A DNA stretch of 55,633 nucleotides, counting the filler, from Sphacelaria rigidula (Eukaryota), in NCBI GenBank assembly GCA_964200075.2. It is 2 parts of 2 records of this genome, joined end to end, with 100 filler letters (N's around TTAATTAATTAA, not from the genome) between each part and the next. Parts side by side here need not be neighbours in the genome. Positions count along the whole stretch, not along the records: positions 1 to 27,807 come from CAXNAA020000109.1; 1 more part is not named here. One strand, written 5' to 3'. Positions 1-11,596 of this stretch are shown here, in pieces. Within the stretch, counting starts at the first letter, position 1; every line of letters begins with the position of its first letter. Made by a program: the position numbers and the translations under genes. The notes beneath the pieces are model-generated. The model did no database searches, was not told the origin of the DNA, and saw only the letters and a list, made by a program, of their open reading frames with translations.

Positions 1-217
1 CGGGGGAGATGCGGGAGTGTCCCGATTTGGGCAGAACTGTGATGAAACCACGATTCAAAGTCAATAGAATCGAAGAAATGGTCTGGTTTGCTCATAGCTA
101 GCCGAAAAACATTGTCCATTGGACTGGGGTCCGAAAAATCAACCCGCGGGAGAAAATCGCCTGTAGATGGGCTGAAATCCTCATATTTGTAAAAATCGGG
201 ATTCGTTGCCATAAAAG
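1..217. repeat. Dispersed repeat; uninterrupted copy of the repeat at ~10878-11460
   Basis: TCTGGTTTGCTCA and GGACTGGGGTCCGAAAAAT...GGGCTGAAATCCTCATATTT...GTTGCCATAAAAG recur near 10956-10968 and 11365-11460. Confidence 0.85.
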
Positions 218-1026
218 TGGGTCTTATCGTGCAATCGAATTCGTCTTGAAGGTCAGGAGGGAAGTCTCTTTTTTTATTATTATTGGTGGTCACCCCATCT
301 CCATAGTCGATGCGGCGGTGGTGTTTATATTTTTGGTACTACGGCTTGCTCAGAACTACAGAGCGCGACGCAAATGTCAAGAATTTCGTAGTTAAGAATC
401 TCAGGCTCGTTTTTTTTCAATCAAAGAATTTACGAGAAAGCATTTGTGCCGAACTGAAGGGGAAGATCGAAAATTGATTGATTGACTGATTTTTGATCGA
501 TTTGATCGTTTGTCGCACTTGAAAATAAAAAATCGGAAAGTGCAAGGGGGTCGGCAGGTAGGAATCGGCAAGAATGCATTTCACCTCAGAATAATAAGAA
601 ACTGCCTCCACAACCACCACGGCCACATCAGGTCCCCAAGCAAGCTGCCTCCTCTCTTGAACTGGCAAACAACACTGATCTTTACTGGAACACCCCATGC
701 ATACTGACAATCTGTACATGACCCTCACAGTATACTTGTACTGACTGTGCTGTATTTTGTTTCGATTTTTGTCTTTCCGAATAACACTGGTTTACGTCCT
801 GTTTACTGCTGGCGCACGGTACAGTACTGTACTGTGGCTGCAGTCCCTTTAAGCATATGATCAGAGTAGGGGGTACCTTGGATGTCATCTGATGAACGCC
901 GCAACGAAACCGGAGTCAAATGTCCCAACAGTTGAAAATACCCCCCCCCCCCGTCATACACTGTACCAACCGTAATAACACGCGGTGAACGCAGAAAAGA
1001 ATTCTTCCTTCCCAGAGCGTGTTCCC

Positions 1027-1380
1027 CAGTGTTGAAAATCGAACGGAATAAAAAGTTCGATATATTTTTTCAAAATATCAATCTCTGCAGACGTCGATTC
1101 CGACATTTTATCGATCCTCGGAAAATGGCCAAACAACCGGTTTTCTGGTTTTCTGGGCCTTCTTTGCTCTTTTCGAAGTGTTGTTTGTGCAAAAAAAAGA
1201 GGGGACCGATGACGTGAAAGCACTACCCCCTCCCCTTCTTAGGAGGCGGGGCCCCCAAGAGAGTCAGTTAGCGTTTCGAAAGTAGTAACGGCTGACCAGC
1301 TCGCGATTCCGATACTGAGAATCGCCGAAAATCTCGATCGATACTCGATATTTCGATACAGTACACGATTTTCAACACTG
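1027..1380. mobile_element. hAT-like MITE (354 bp)
   Basis: Perfect 15-bp TIR CAGTGTTGAAAATCG / CGATTTTCAACACTG; perfect 8-bp TSD GTGTTCCC (1019-1026, 1381-1388). Confidence 0.9.
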
Positions 1381-3242
1381 GTGTTCCCACATCTTACAAA
1401 CACTACCCTCAACTGCTGCAAGTACATTACTATAATGCCGGAGGACTGGCGTTCCGTATTGCGATTGGTGCGCAGCAAAGGAAAACGCCGAATGCAACCA
1501 GCATACAACGCATGTGCACAGGACAAACACCATCGTACAGTTTGGGGAAAATTCAGTACACAAATCAAGATGAACTGTGCAGACCGTTGTATAATAGTAC
1601 TCGTAGAGCAGACTACAGTCCAAGGATAGTACAGTCCCTCAGACAAGACCGTTGTAATACAAGCGCGTCGTAGATTGTACTTGTAGGTCACAACAGTGTC
1701 CTGTTACTCGTACAGTCCCTCACACAGTACCGTTTCAACACACAAGAGATCAGAGATTGTACATGTCGAAACCAACATTTGGAACATTTTCCCTGCCGGT
1801 CTCCACGGATCATTGCGTTCCACAATCATTAAACCCTCAGTAGCTTGAGAGAAGGTGGACACATATCATCAACTGACCGTAGTAGCAGCTCCATGAGTAT
1901 ACTTTTGATAATACGTGGGTGCTCATGCCCCCCTGCGCTCCCCTTCAAACTTCAGAGGCAGCAAATTCCTTCCAGTGGCACCTTAGTGACACTGGAAGGA
2001 ATGTTCGATGTTTATACGACGAACAGTACAGTAGATTAGGAAGAGTCCGTACATTATGGATACATCAACGAATGAACGGCTGTTGGGCAGAGTTGGCGAT
2101 AGATGACCCTCTCACCCTTCTCGCCATTCATGAGGAAGGAGCGTACCAGCCATCCCGACAGCCACCACCACTAGTATCGTGGATTTAAAATATTACTACG
2201 TGAAGCTGCTGTACTGTGCTGTTCTGTTCGCTGCCTGTGTGCCGGCGGGACTGTGAAGTTCCTATCTTCATCTTTTCCGACAAATTTCACTGTATTGTGT
2301 ATTATACAACAACCATCGTCACACAGTCCTGGCGTGATGACTTTCCATGGAATGTAGTAATGAGGCGTTTTGCCATGGTCTCCAAGAGGCAGCTGATTAA
2401 AGCAACCGACAACCGACAAAATTGGTTTTTGTTGACAGGGAAGGGGCAAAAATCCCGAGACCACTTTCTCACGCCAGACACCACTACAGTTCCCACGAGA
2501 AGGCGCGCCTACAAACTGCATCTACTTGTGTTACTCCCCCGTACAGATTGGCTTAGTATCCGCGTCGCTTTTGTTGCAGGTGGGTTTTTAGAGCAGAGAG
2601 ACGCACGTGTTGGAGTTGTTTTTCGGTGAGAGGAGCTTCCAGTTTCATCTCTGTGTGTACACGAGAATTATTTTGTAAGTCTTAAATCTGACAGAGCCAT
2701 TCCCTTTGTTGGTGTTCAGGGGGAGGCTGTCGCTGTATGGGGAATTGAAGAGTAAGTACGCCGTGAGACGCACGAGAGAGCAGCTCAGCATATCTTCGAG
2801 GTTCGTACTATACATGTCTGCCGCCATTTGAGGAAAAGTTAAAAGTTTCATGGGCGAAAAAATGGCGTCGCCTCTTTTTATATGATCATCACCCAAACGA
2901 CAGACAATCTTCATCACCCCCTGACTAAACTATTTTTTCCCTGTCTCGTTTGTACCACGCTGCACCGCAGACGCTCCTGCGTGGCGGGTACAACAGGGAG
3001 CCCTGAGGGACCGGAAGGCGGCAGTCGTATCAGAGGTAGCCGGTCTCGCTCGGAGTCCCGAAGAGTGCTCGAGCACACAGAGTGAAGTGCAGGTGGTGAT
3101 ATCTCAAGCTCGCCAGTCAGGGTGGCGGACGAAAAACGGGACGACTCCGATTTACCGAGTCTGCACCATCTGTAGTGGCCAGTCTGGAGCTGGGGTAGAA
3201 TCTGGAGCACCCCGGTGATAACTTTGTCTATTTTTACAAGCG

Positions 3243-4094
3243 ATGAGCACGAGAAAAGCGAGTAGCAGTGAGATGCGTGGTGACGGTGGTCGAGGCGGCG
3301 TTCACGGAGGAGTCGAGCACATCTATCTTGACGAGACGCACGAGGTCAACCGCAGTAGTGGCAGCCGCAGGAGCAGTAGCACATACGATCGCGCGCGGTC
3401 ATCATCTCAACAGAATTCTCAATCAACACCTGCATCATCTGCAGACCAGAACCTACTGGGCGGCAACCACGACTCAGACGACGACTCTACCCCCCGCGGC
3501 CTTAGGCAAGAGAGTTCCAGAAGTGGGTCTTCTGCTGCATCTGCGTCTCCCTTCGACAGCACGGATGGCGGGGGCGGTATCAGTGGGGCAGGTGTGGGCG
3601 ATATGGCGGGAACCGGCGGCTCCAGGAGCTCGAGTGGCGCGTCTGGCACGGGCGGCGGTGGAGCGGTACGCGCTCTCCCTGAGGTCGGCACACGACCGGC
3701 AACTGTGGGTAACGTTCCCTTCGGTGCTTCTGCCTTGAGCAAGACTCGCTCTAATAACGGCCGGGGGCGACCACGCGGCCTGCGGCCGCGCGGAAACAGC
3801 AGTCGATCCTTTTCGTCCGTTGATGGTGGCTCGGCATCGGGCGGCGGCAGGATGAATTCCGCCAGAACGTTCTCGAGCCGCGGTAGCGATCGACAGGAGG
3901 AAAGGGAAGCCATTGCGCTTGCTGTGGCCGAGGAGGTTGCCCCCGGCGTGTCTATGGAGGAGGTCGTTCAAGCGGCGGTTAAGATTCAGAGCGTAGTACG
4001 CGTGCTGATCGCGCGGGGTTACGTCAGGAGGAAGCTTGTATCGGAGGTTACGGCGTTTTCGCTTATCATGGAGCGAGGCATCGAGGTCATCAAG
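3243..4094 (+). CDS. Exon 1 of IQ-motif + PH-domain protein (Ser/Gly-rich N-terminus, IQ motif, start of PH)
   Basis: ATG at 3243; IQ-like AAVKIQSVVRVLIARGYVRR; ends LIMERGIEVIK at donor AAG|GTGAAC (phase 0). Confidence 0.85.
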
Positions 4095-5123
4095 GTGAAC
4101 GATGTTTTTTTCCTTGTATGCAGATTAATTCTCCGTGAGACGATGGTGGCGCAAACACCAGTATGTGTTGACTTTATAACTATGTTGCGTGCTTTTGCCC
4201 GGTTGATGTTGGGTGTGGTGTATTCATACAGTACAGTAGCGGACGTCCACCATCCCGTTCCTTATCGGCTCATTTTATTTTGTTGCTCCGTGTCTACCTT
4301 TTACTACACCCTTTACACCCTTGCTTTGGGGGAGGAGAGGCCGTATTTCTGGTAAACCTATCGACCCTGGGGCGAAATTCCTGGCAAGGGTCACTGCCAT
4401 TACAGGAAGTACGATGTGTGAGAGTTCGACGTACAAGAGTTCACAGAGAGGCGAGACACGTCGGTGATTCCGCTTTCCCTATCGATTCCCAAAGCCAACA
4501 CGGCCTTCGATCTTCAGTTGTCATTGCTAATTATTCTTGATCTGAAATATATCTTCCATGATGGGTTTTGTGGTTATATGTACTGCCAGTGTCATCTCAA
4601 TCCAACCGTGTGTGTGTACCGTCACGTCGCTCCGTAGCACGGCCTCTGCAACCAAGGATATTCCTACACCCTGAATGGAGATGAGTGTCGGTTGCTTCTG
4701 CAATAAAGAACACGCGTGGGAGGCTTTCATGTTCCTCGCGTTGCACATGACTGCGTTTCCCCAACGATGAATCCCACCCTGTTGATGTTTCTCTCACCTT
4801 GAGATGGAATGTGCGCAGGAATTTCTTGTCACGTCTACAGGTCATGCAGTGCTCGAAAGCACTACCTTACTGCAAATATAGTATATACCCTTGGATAACA
4901 AAACGGGGACACCCAGTGTAGGGGTCTTCCGTCTTACAGTGTACAAAAGTAATCAGTATTCTTGTAGTTATAGTGAGAGATACACACCGTCCTTGATGGT
5001 GACGTGCCCCTTTCACCATGGCCATCCCACCCGTGTCCACCGCCACTCCTTCATCCTCTCGTACAAATCAACATTCGTTGGCGTCTATGTTTCCCGCCTT
5101 GATTTGTCCATCGGAAACAACAG

Positions 5124-5267
5124 CACCCATTTAGTGGCAAGGGCAAGCCCAAGAACGTGACTGTAAACTTCGTATCTCGGAAGGGAGCCATGCAGTTGAG
5201 CTGGGGGGGTAAGCAGGGAGTCCCATTGGAGACAATATTTGGAGTTACCAAGGGAATCAAGACGGAG
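5124..5267 (+). CDS. Exon 2 of IQ-PH protein (PH domain middle)
   Basis: Acceptor AACAG|, donor GAG|GTGAGA, 144 bp phase 0/0; HPFSGKGKPKNVTVNFVSRKGAMQLSWGGKQGVPLETIFGVTKGIKTE fits the PLC-type PH pattern. Confidence 0.85.
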
Positions 5268-6527
5268 GTGAGATGTAGTTGAAGAGATCGAGGACTCATG
5301 TCTGTCTGTCGTACACTACAGTACAAAGGGGTAGTCGACAACATGGTACTCGTTGTTGTGAGTTCGGTCTGTGTTCTGCATGTTGCCTTGATGCTTACAC
5401 ACAAGTAGGTGGGTGGGCGTCAGCGTCTCAGGAAAGTAACGGCAAAATTGTTGAGGCAGGCGGACATCAAGCTGGGTTGGACTACCATGGCTTTTAGCGC
5501 AGCACATGAGACCGGGCGACGTTCGTTCGCAGTGGTGTGTGCAGTGTTGACTGAACCTGTCCGTTTTTGAGATGCAAAGTGGCGCATTGCATCTCTACGT
5601 TAGTCTACTGCACTGTAGTCAGGTACATTGACGGTTCTACACTGGTGTCTCCACCGTCTTGTGCGGCTTTATTATGTCGCAAACTGATGCTGTAACGTTA
5701 ACGTCGTCAGCTCTTGAACCCTTTGGCCGGTCAGGTATCATGGATCGAATCGGCATCACGTTTACTCGCAAAAATCACCGCCAGAATCGGGTATTCGAGG
5801 GCGTTTAAAGGGTTGAAAAGTCACCAGTAACTTCAAATTCCGCATTTTATTTGAATTTACGTTGTCACAAAAGTCCCGACATATCAGCAACACACGTGCT
5901 CAAACTCATTTCTAGAGCGTCGAGGTCACGAAAGTTTCCTCAAAGTGCTGGAGAGCTCTGGGGGATGCACCCATGTATGTATTCTGAAAGCCTTTCCTGG
6001 CTTTGCAGCCTCCGAGTCGAGTACGTGTCGAACCCCACGCGCCCTCGTGATTTGGCTCTGCAGCGGAAGATGTTCATGTGCACAGGGTGTTCAAGAGATT
6101 CGTCGAGATATACATGTTACGCCCGGACAGTTTGTTTTGTAATCGGTCAGGGTGTGTTTGTTCTCGCGGATGCTTTGAGCAACTCACCAGTCGCTGTACG
6201 GGTTCGGGTGGGGACTCGAGCCGTCAGAGCGGGATATTATTCACATGATGGTGGGTGAGGTAGCACTGATGGGTTTGAACCACCACCGTATCAATTGTGT
6301 CTCATGACTTGATGATGTTGTTATTGTTGTCGTTGTCGCTTCACGTCAAAACCGTTCCTACATCTGCGCAGTACGCTGTACTGGTACTTGATGCGGTTTA
6401 GAAGTTACCAGTAATAACGACCACAAGCTAGGGTAAAGAAAACCATACAATAAAATCGGACCCAGAAAAATACGTCTTGATACAAAATGAGAAAACATGA
6501 CTGCAAGTGTTGAAAATAGTATTTTAA

Positions 6528-6666
6528 CCCGTTGGGAACTAGACCCCCAGGGAGTGCTGATTTTTGTTTTGGTGAATCGGCCTCANNNNNNNNNNTTTTC
6601 AAGTCAAAATGATGCCGATTCACAAAGATTCACAAAACAAGAATCAGCACTTGCGTTCCCAAAGGG
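6528..6666. mobile_element. piggyBac-like hairpin MITE (contains a short N gap)
   Basis: TTAA-CCCGTTGGGAAC ... GTTCCCAAAGGG-TTAA; internal sequence shared with 41050-41167. Confidence 0.75.
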
Positions 6667-7728
6667 TTAAGAGGTAAACACGAAAAGTTGCAGTGGAGAC
6701 TGCGCCAATTGCTAACCATTGTAGAGGTGAGCACATCCTCTCATTAATTTGGCACATGACGAGCACTGTTGTTTATTCTAGCATCCATTGGGCCACGACT
6801 TCTCACAAACGAACAGGCCACGCCCCATCCATACCGCTACCTGAACTAATATAGCTGAACAGAATCAGGTTGCGTTCCTAGCGGTTTTTTCGTCTGTACT
6901 AGTGAGTTTTACTTTTTTTACGAAAAGAGCTCAGCATCCGCGAAGTAAATTGCGACACGTACTGATCCCTCAGCAACAATTCCGAAACAGGGAACATGAT
7001 CGCTAGACCCGAAGTAGGAAACATGATCGACATGCCCGAAATGGGGAACGTGGCCGCCCGATATTCCCGACAAGGCAAGGATAATGTTGCGTTTTTTTTT
7101 CTCGCTTGAGGCATAATTATGCCTGGTGCGTTCGCCCCTCGTAGTGGCGTGCCCGTGTATATGCCCCTCACTCCACAGCCGGTAGTTGATTGGCATGAGT
7201 GCATGAGTAGCTCAATGACCCCTGCACGCCTATACAATGACACATATTCCTGGGTGTTTGAAGTTGTGCGGTTTTGTCCTTTACGCGTTCATATGGATTG
7301 AGGTATAACAGTACTACATGAGCTTGGAATCAACAATCGAAATACCGTGGGGTCCAGTTGTGCATGTGATCAGGATGTCATCTGCTCAAGTCTTCACTTG
7401 TTTTGCGCGAGTGACATTGTCGTATATGCTTTCATGATCAGTAGAGGACATATGCACAACACAGCGTGAAGCGAGAGCGTTGGGATCACCAGGCGTTGTT
7501 GTCCCTCCGCTGTTTGCTTCTAGCTGGTAGGTGCAGCTCAATGAATGACCGGATGTCCCCATCCCCTTGCTTTGACTCTAGATGTAGAAGGAGTTTTCGC
7601 CTCGCCTAGAAAAATCATCCATGCACTCGCTGTGAGCATCATCGGCATGACCAACTCGCCCCTCCCCCCCTTTCTTCTACTGTATCACTCACGCGCACAC
7701 CCGAACACACCCAAATTACATCCCCCAG

Positions 7729-8764
7729 GCCCTATCGCACGTGGTGGGTCCTGATCGTGCGGAGAACTGCTTCTCGCTGCTCACGCCCGACCGCACCATC
7801 GACTTCGAGGTCGACAACCCCTGGTTGGTCCTACTGGTCGTCCGGGCTATGCGTTTGTTCCTGGGTGCGCACTACGATACTCTCCCAGCACCCACATTTT
7901 TCTCGCACCTGTGCGTTCGCCCACGAGGCTCGGACCACATGGACAGTCCCAGGCAGACGCTTGTGTGGACTGGCGCATCAGACAAAGGCGGTTCGGGCAA
8001 TCAAATGGTATCGCCCCCCACGGAGCGCACGTCGGGGGAATCCATAGAATCGGACAGCGATGAGACTGGCGCTGGCGGAGACGGCAGCGGTGACCGTTCG
8101 CCCTGGGCGAGAATCGAGGAGTCCAATGGCAGGCGGGCGGACGGAGAGGGCGATTATCTCAAAAATGAACGCGATGCATACCCAAGCATATACCCGAGCA
8201 GCAGCGCGGGCGGGGACACGGACTGCGCTAGCGGGTTTGGCGGCGGGATCGGTGACGCTTGTCTGACACCTCCTCGGGTGCCGGACCATCAGGCGACTGA
8301 TGGCTCTAGTACTTCTCGCAAAAACCATCGTGGTTTGGGTGAAATTTACCTGGAGCATGGTGATAACGACCACGGGAGTTTCGGGGATGGGAAGGATGGG
8401 TCGCCTGGAGGAGTCATGGCCTTGTTCTCCAGCGGACGGCGGGAGGGGGGAAATTTCGCTAGTGGGAGCTCGGGTGGGGGCATGACTGCGTCTGATAGAT
8501 TGGATTTGGTTGGAGAATCTTCGCAGAATGCGAATCAAGTAGCGGGGAGAGAGCGCGAGGAGGATGCACCATTAACAGCTTCGCAAGTGCTGGCTACGCG
8601 CGGAGCGACCAAGAGGCTGAATCTGTCGAAGCAATTACGGGGGTCCAACGAGAAGGGGGCAGCCCTCAAGGGGAGGAGGTTCAATCTCATGGCTCTGCCC
8701 GCGGATTCTTCTCAGCAGGACAGACGGGAGAAGGGCCCCGCCGTGGATGTCGACATTCCGCCCA
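7729..8764 (+). CDS. Exon 3 of IQ-PH protein (PH C-terminus + disordered region)
   Basis: Acceptor CCCCCAG|; ALSHVVGPDRAENCFSLLTPDRTIDFEVDNPWLVLLVVRAMRLFL matches the PH beta6/beta7/helix motif CFS....RTLD; donor A|GTGAGT, phase 1. Confidence 0.85.
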
Positions 8765-9957
8765 GTGAGTGTAGAGAGGAAATAGGGAGGGAGGGTAGGG
8801 TATGAGGGTAATTTTTTCATGTTCCCCTCATGTGGCGGATGCTGAGGCTGACTAGTTGGAACAGGCGAAATGATTCCGTACAACGCAATACCGCAGGTGC
8901 CTTTTGTACCGTTCTGTAGTGCCGGTGTTCATGTTAAAACATGTCAACTGTCTGGGTGCAACGCTCGTTGCTCTCCGTGACTCACTACATTGGTTATATC
9001 GCTCCTCGACAGAACTTGAAACGTTTCCAAGGGTCGTACAAAGAATCGTTGATTCGAATAACAAATTTTGCGACTAGGAAGGCCTGATCGTTCGAAAGAG
9101 AGAGAGAAAAGTTGACCGCGGGTCTAAGAAGCTTCGAAGTAAATTTTGCGCTATTCCACATGTTAGAAGTGCGCGTACCTAGGGTGCAACGCTGAAAACA
9201 AAGCCCAAGGATCGATTTGTACGACACAATTAAAACACTCAAATCAAGTAATTTTCAGACGAGTCATTATTCGTCCGACCCTTGAACGTTTTGATAATGG
9301 CGGACTGAGGCTACGAGTTTTGCAACTTTTTGGAGATCACAGGAAATGCCGTAAGCACGCCCGAGAGAGACCCACTCGCCCGCGTGCAGCCCCTCTCTGT
9401 TTCGGAGCGCAGAGTGTTCCCCTTTTGCTCCCCTTATCCTCTCGAAGCGTACGCGTGTCCCGGCTGGGCTGGTTGATATCCCGCACAGTTGGTACGGCAA
9501 AGTGCCATCCAGTAACGAGCAGTTTTGTCACATTGCGCTGATGTTGGTTCCCACTGACACCCTCACGTCGCTTCCATGTTCACTATGGTCGTCGTACTGG
9601 TGTGATCGACTTTCATTTTTTTTTCACGATTGTCTCTCATTCGACACGTTGCCCATTCCGTCTCAAACTCCAGTAGTGTTCACCCCTGTGGCTTGGAGGC
9701 AAATTGCAGACGTGACATTTGCTCTTGTGCAGAATTGCGTATCTGTTTCGATTCATTCGTGTATCGTGACGTATCATGTGGGTCATGCTGTTGCCGGGTT
9801 GTTCTCATCGCTTGCGTTAGTTTAGTATTTCAACCACCACCCAGTGGATACTGGCATTGGCGCGACCAGACTTCAGTACACGCCTGGCGTTCAAAGGGTG
9901 GACATCGATATGTTCCCAACAAGGTCGACAACGCCGAAATATGGCGATAACCCCAAA

Positions 9958-10427
9958 TGTTATGGCACACAGATTTCTGGCCCATGGTTTGTTCACTTTT
10001 GGGACGTTTGACCCACTTTTTGACCTCCAAACAGGGGAAATCGCCTACACATGTATTGGACACTTTGGATCACCCACAGAGAGGAGCCTAGCCCACTTTA
10101 CAGATTCGCTTGGCTCCAAGGTCTCGAGCGCGGCCGCTGAACAAAAATCCGTGTGCAATAAAATCTACGGCGATCTCCACTGATTATTGGGCCAACTGCC
10201 GTATGTTGGCAAGCACAGATTATTGCACACGAGTCATTGTTCAGGCGGCCAATCTCGAAACCTCGGAGCCAATGGAATCTGAACGGTAAACAAGGCTCCT
10301 CTCTGTGTGGTGATGCAAAGTGTCCGAGACGTGTGTTGGCGATTTTTCCTGTTCGGGGGTTGAACAATGGGTCAAACGCCCCGAAAGTAAACCTATCCGT
10401 GGCCCAAAAATCTGTTTGCCACAAGAT
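9958..10427. repeat. Fold-back (long inverted repeat) element
   Basis: ~9958-10089 is the imperfect reverse complement of ~10293-10427. Confidence 0.75.
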
Positions 10428-10968
10428 TCGGCTAATAATAGTGATGACACCCGCTGATAAATCCCACACATCTATTTTTTGTGTAGAAAATCATGATAAG
10501 ATGGATGTACACACGTGCGATGACCCCACCGTTTTTATGCCATCGATGTTGAGTGTGTTCATTCTTTTTCAATAATTGCTCGGTGGAGTCACAATGTCAA
10601 GCTTGTGTGACTGGGTCAGCTGTCCGATCCTTTCGCAACTCTGGATTGTTTATTCTTAACTTCGCCACATCCAAAGCGAAGGGCAGGTGCAAATATGTAT
10701 GCACTACAAGAAGCAAGTGACGCTGGTTGTACTACTTGGCTGATGAAACCGAACAGCCCGCAATTAGCCATTTTTGATCGCCAGCATGAGAGCCGCTGAA
10801 AATGCACCACTTTTTCGTGAAAAATAAGTAGATGGCCTGGATGATGCCATCTTCTGTGTAAAAAATCGGAAAAATCGTGGGAAACACGTGAAGCTCCCAA
10901 TTTGAGCGCAAAGGTGAAATACCAACAGTGAACGGCCAGATAATCGGAGAATTGATCTGGTTTGCTCA

Positions 10969-11334
10969 GGCTCTGTCTTGGAACATGAGTTTTCGATTAA
11001 AAAAGTGCGGTTGAAAACGAAAATCTTGCTTTGATGGGTCGTAATTGGAATCATCGTTTATTTTGAAAATGGTTGAAATAATGAGCTATCGGATGAGGAT
11101 TTTTGTTTTCCACCTCACTTTTTCGATCGAAAACTCATGGGCTAAGACAGGCCCTTAGCGCATTAGTTTTCGATCGAAGAAGTGCGGTGGAGAACAAAAA
11201 TCCTCATCTGATGGGTCGTAATTTCAACCATCGTCGAAAACTTTGAAAATGGTTGAAATCATGAGCTATTAGACGGGGATTGTTGTTTTCTACCGCACAA
11301 TTTCGATCGAAAACTCATGTGCGAAGACAGAGCC
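10969..11334. mobile_element. PIF/Harbinger (Tourist-like) MITE, internally dimeric
   Basis: TIR GGCTCTGTCTT..CATGAGTTTTCGAT / ATCGAAAACTCATG..AAGACAGAGCC; 3-bp TSD TCA; empty site at 92-94. Confidence 0.8.
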
Positions 11335-11494
11335 TCACAGCCAACCGAAAAACATTGCCCAACGGACTGGGGTCCGAAAAATTAATCCACTGGAGAAAAT
11401 TGCCTGTAGACGGGCTGAAATCCTCATATTTATACAAATCGAGATTGGTTGCCATAAAAGATGCTACGACCTACCCTCGCCGTCTAGGGGTTAA

Positions 11495-11596
11495 CCCTTG
11501 GACCACGAAGAGAATAGTCCATCTGGATTATGCATCATTTTTTCAAGTGAAATCGATGCCGATTTAACAGATAGATGACCTCTCGCCGTCCGAGGG
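11495..11596. mobile_element. ~102-bp TTAA/CCC MITE family copy
   Basis: TTAA-CCC...GAGGG-TTAT; core GTCCATCTGGAT..GCAT..TTTTTCAAGTGAAAT.GAT.CCGATT shared with ~11695-11770, 14927-15027, 39060-39270, 43807-43908. Confidence 0.7.

Noticed and set aside
4095..4355. Hydrophobic C-terminus of ORF 3243..4355 as a membrane anchor
   Set aside because: Read-through into intron 1; the PH domain continues at 5124
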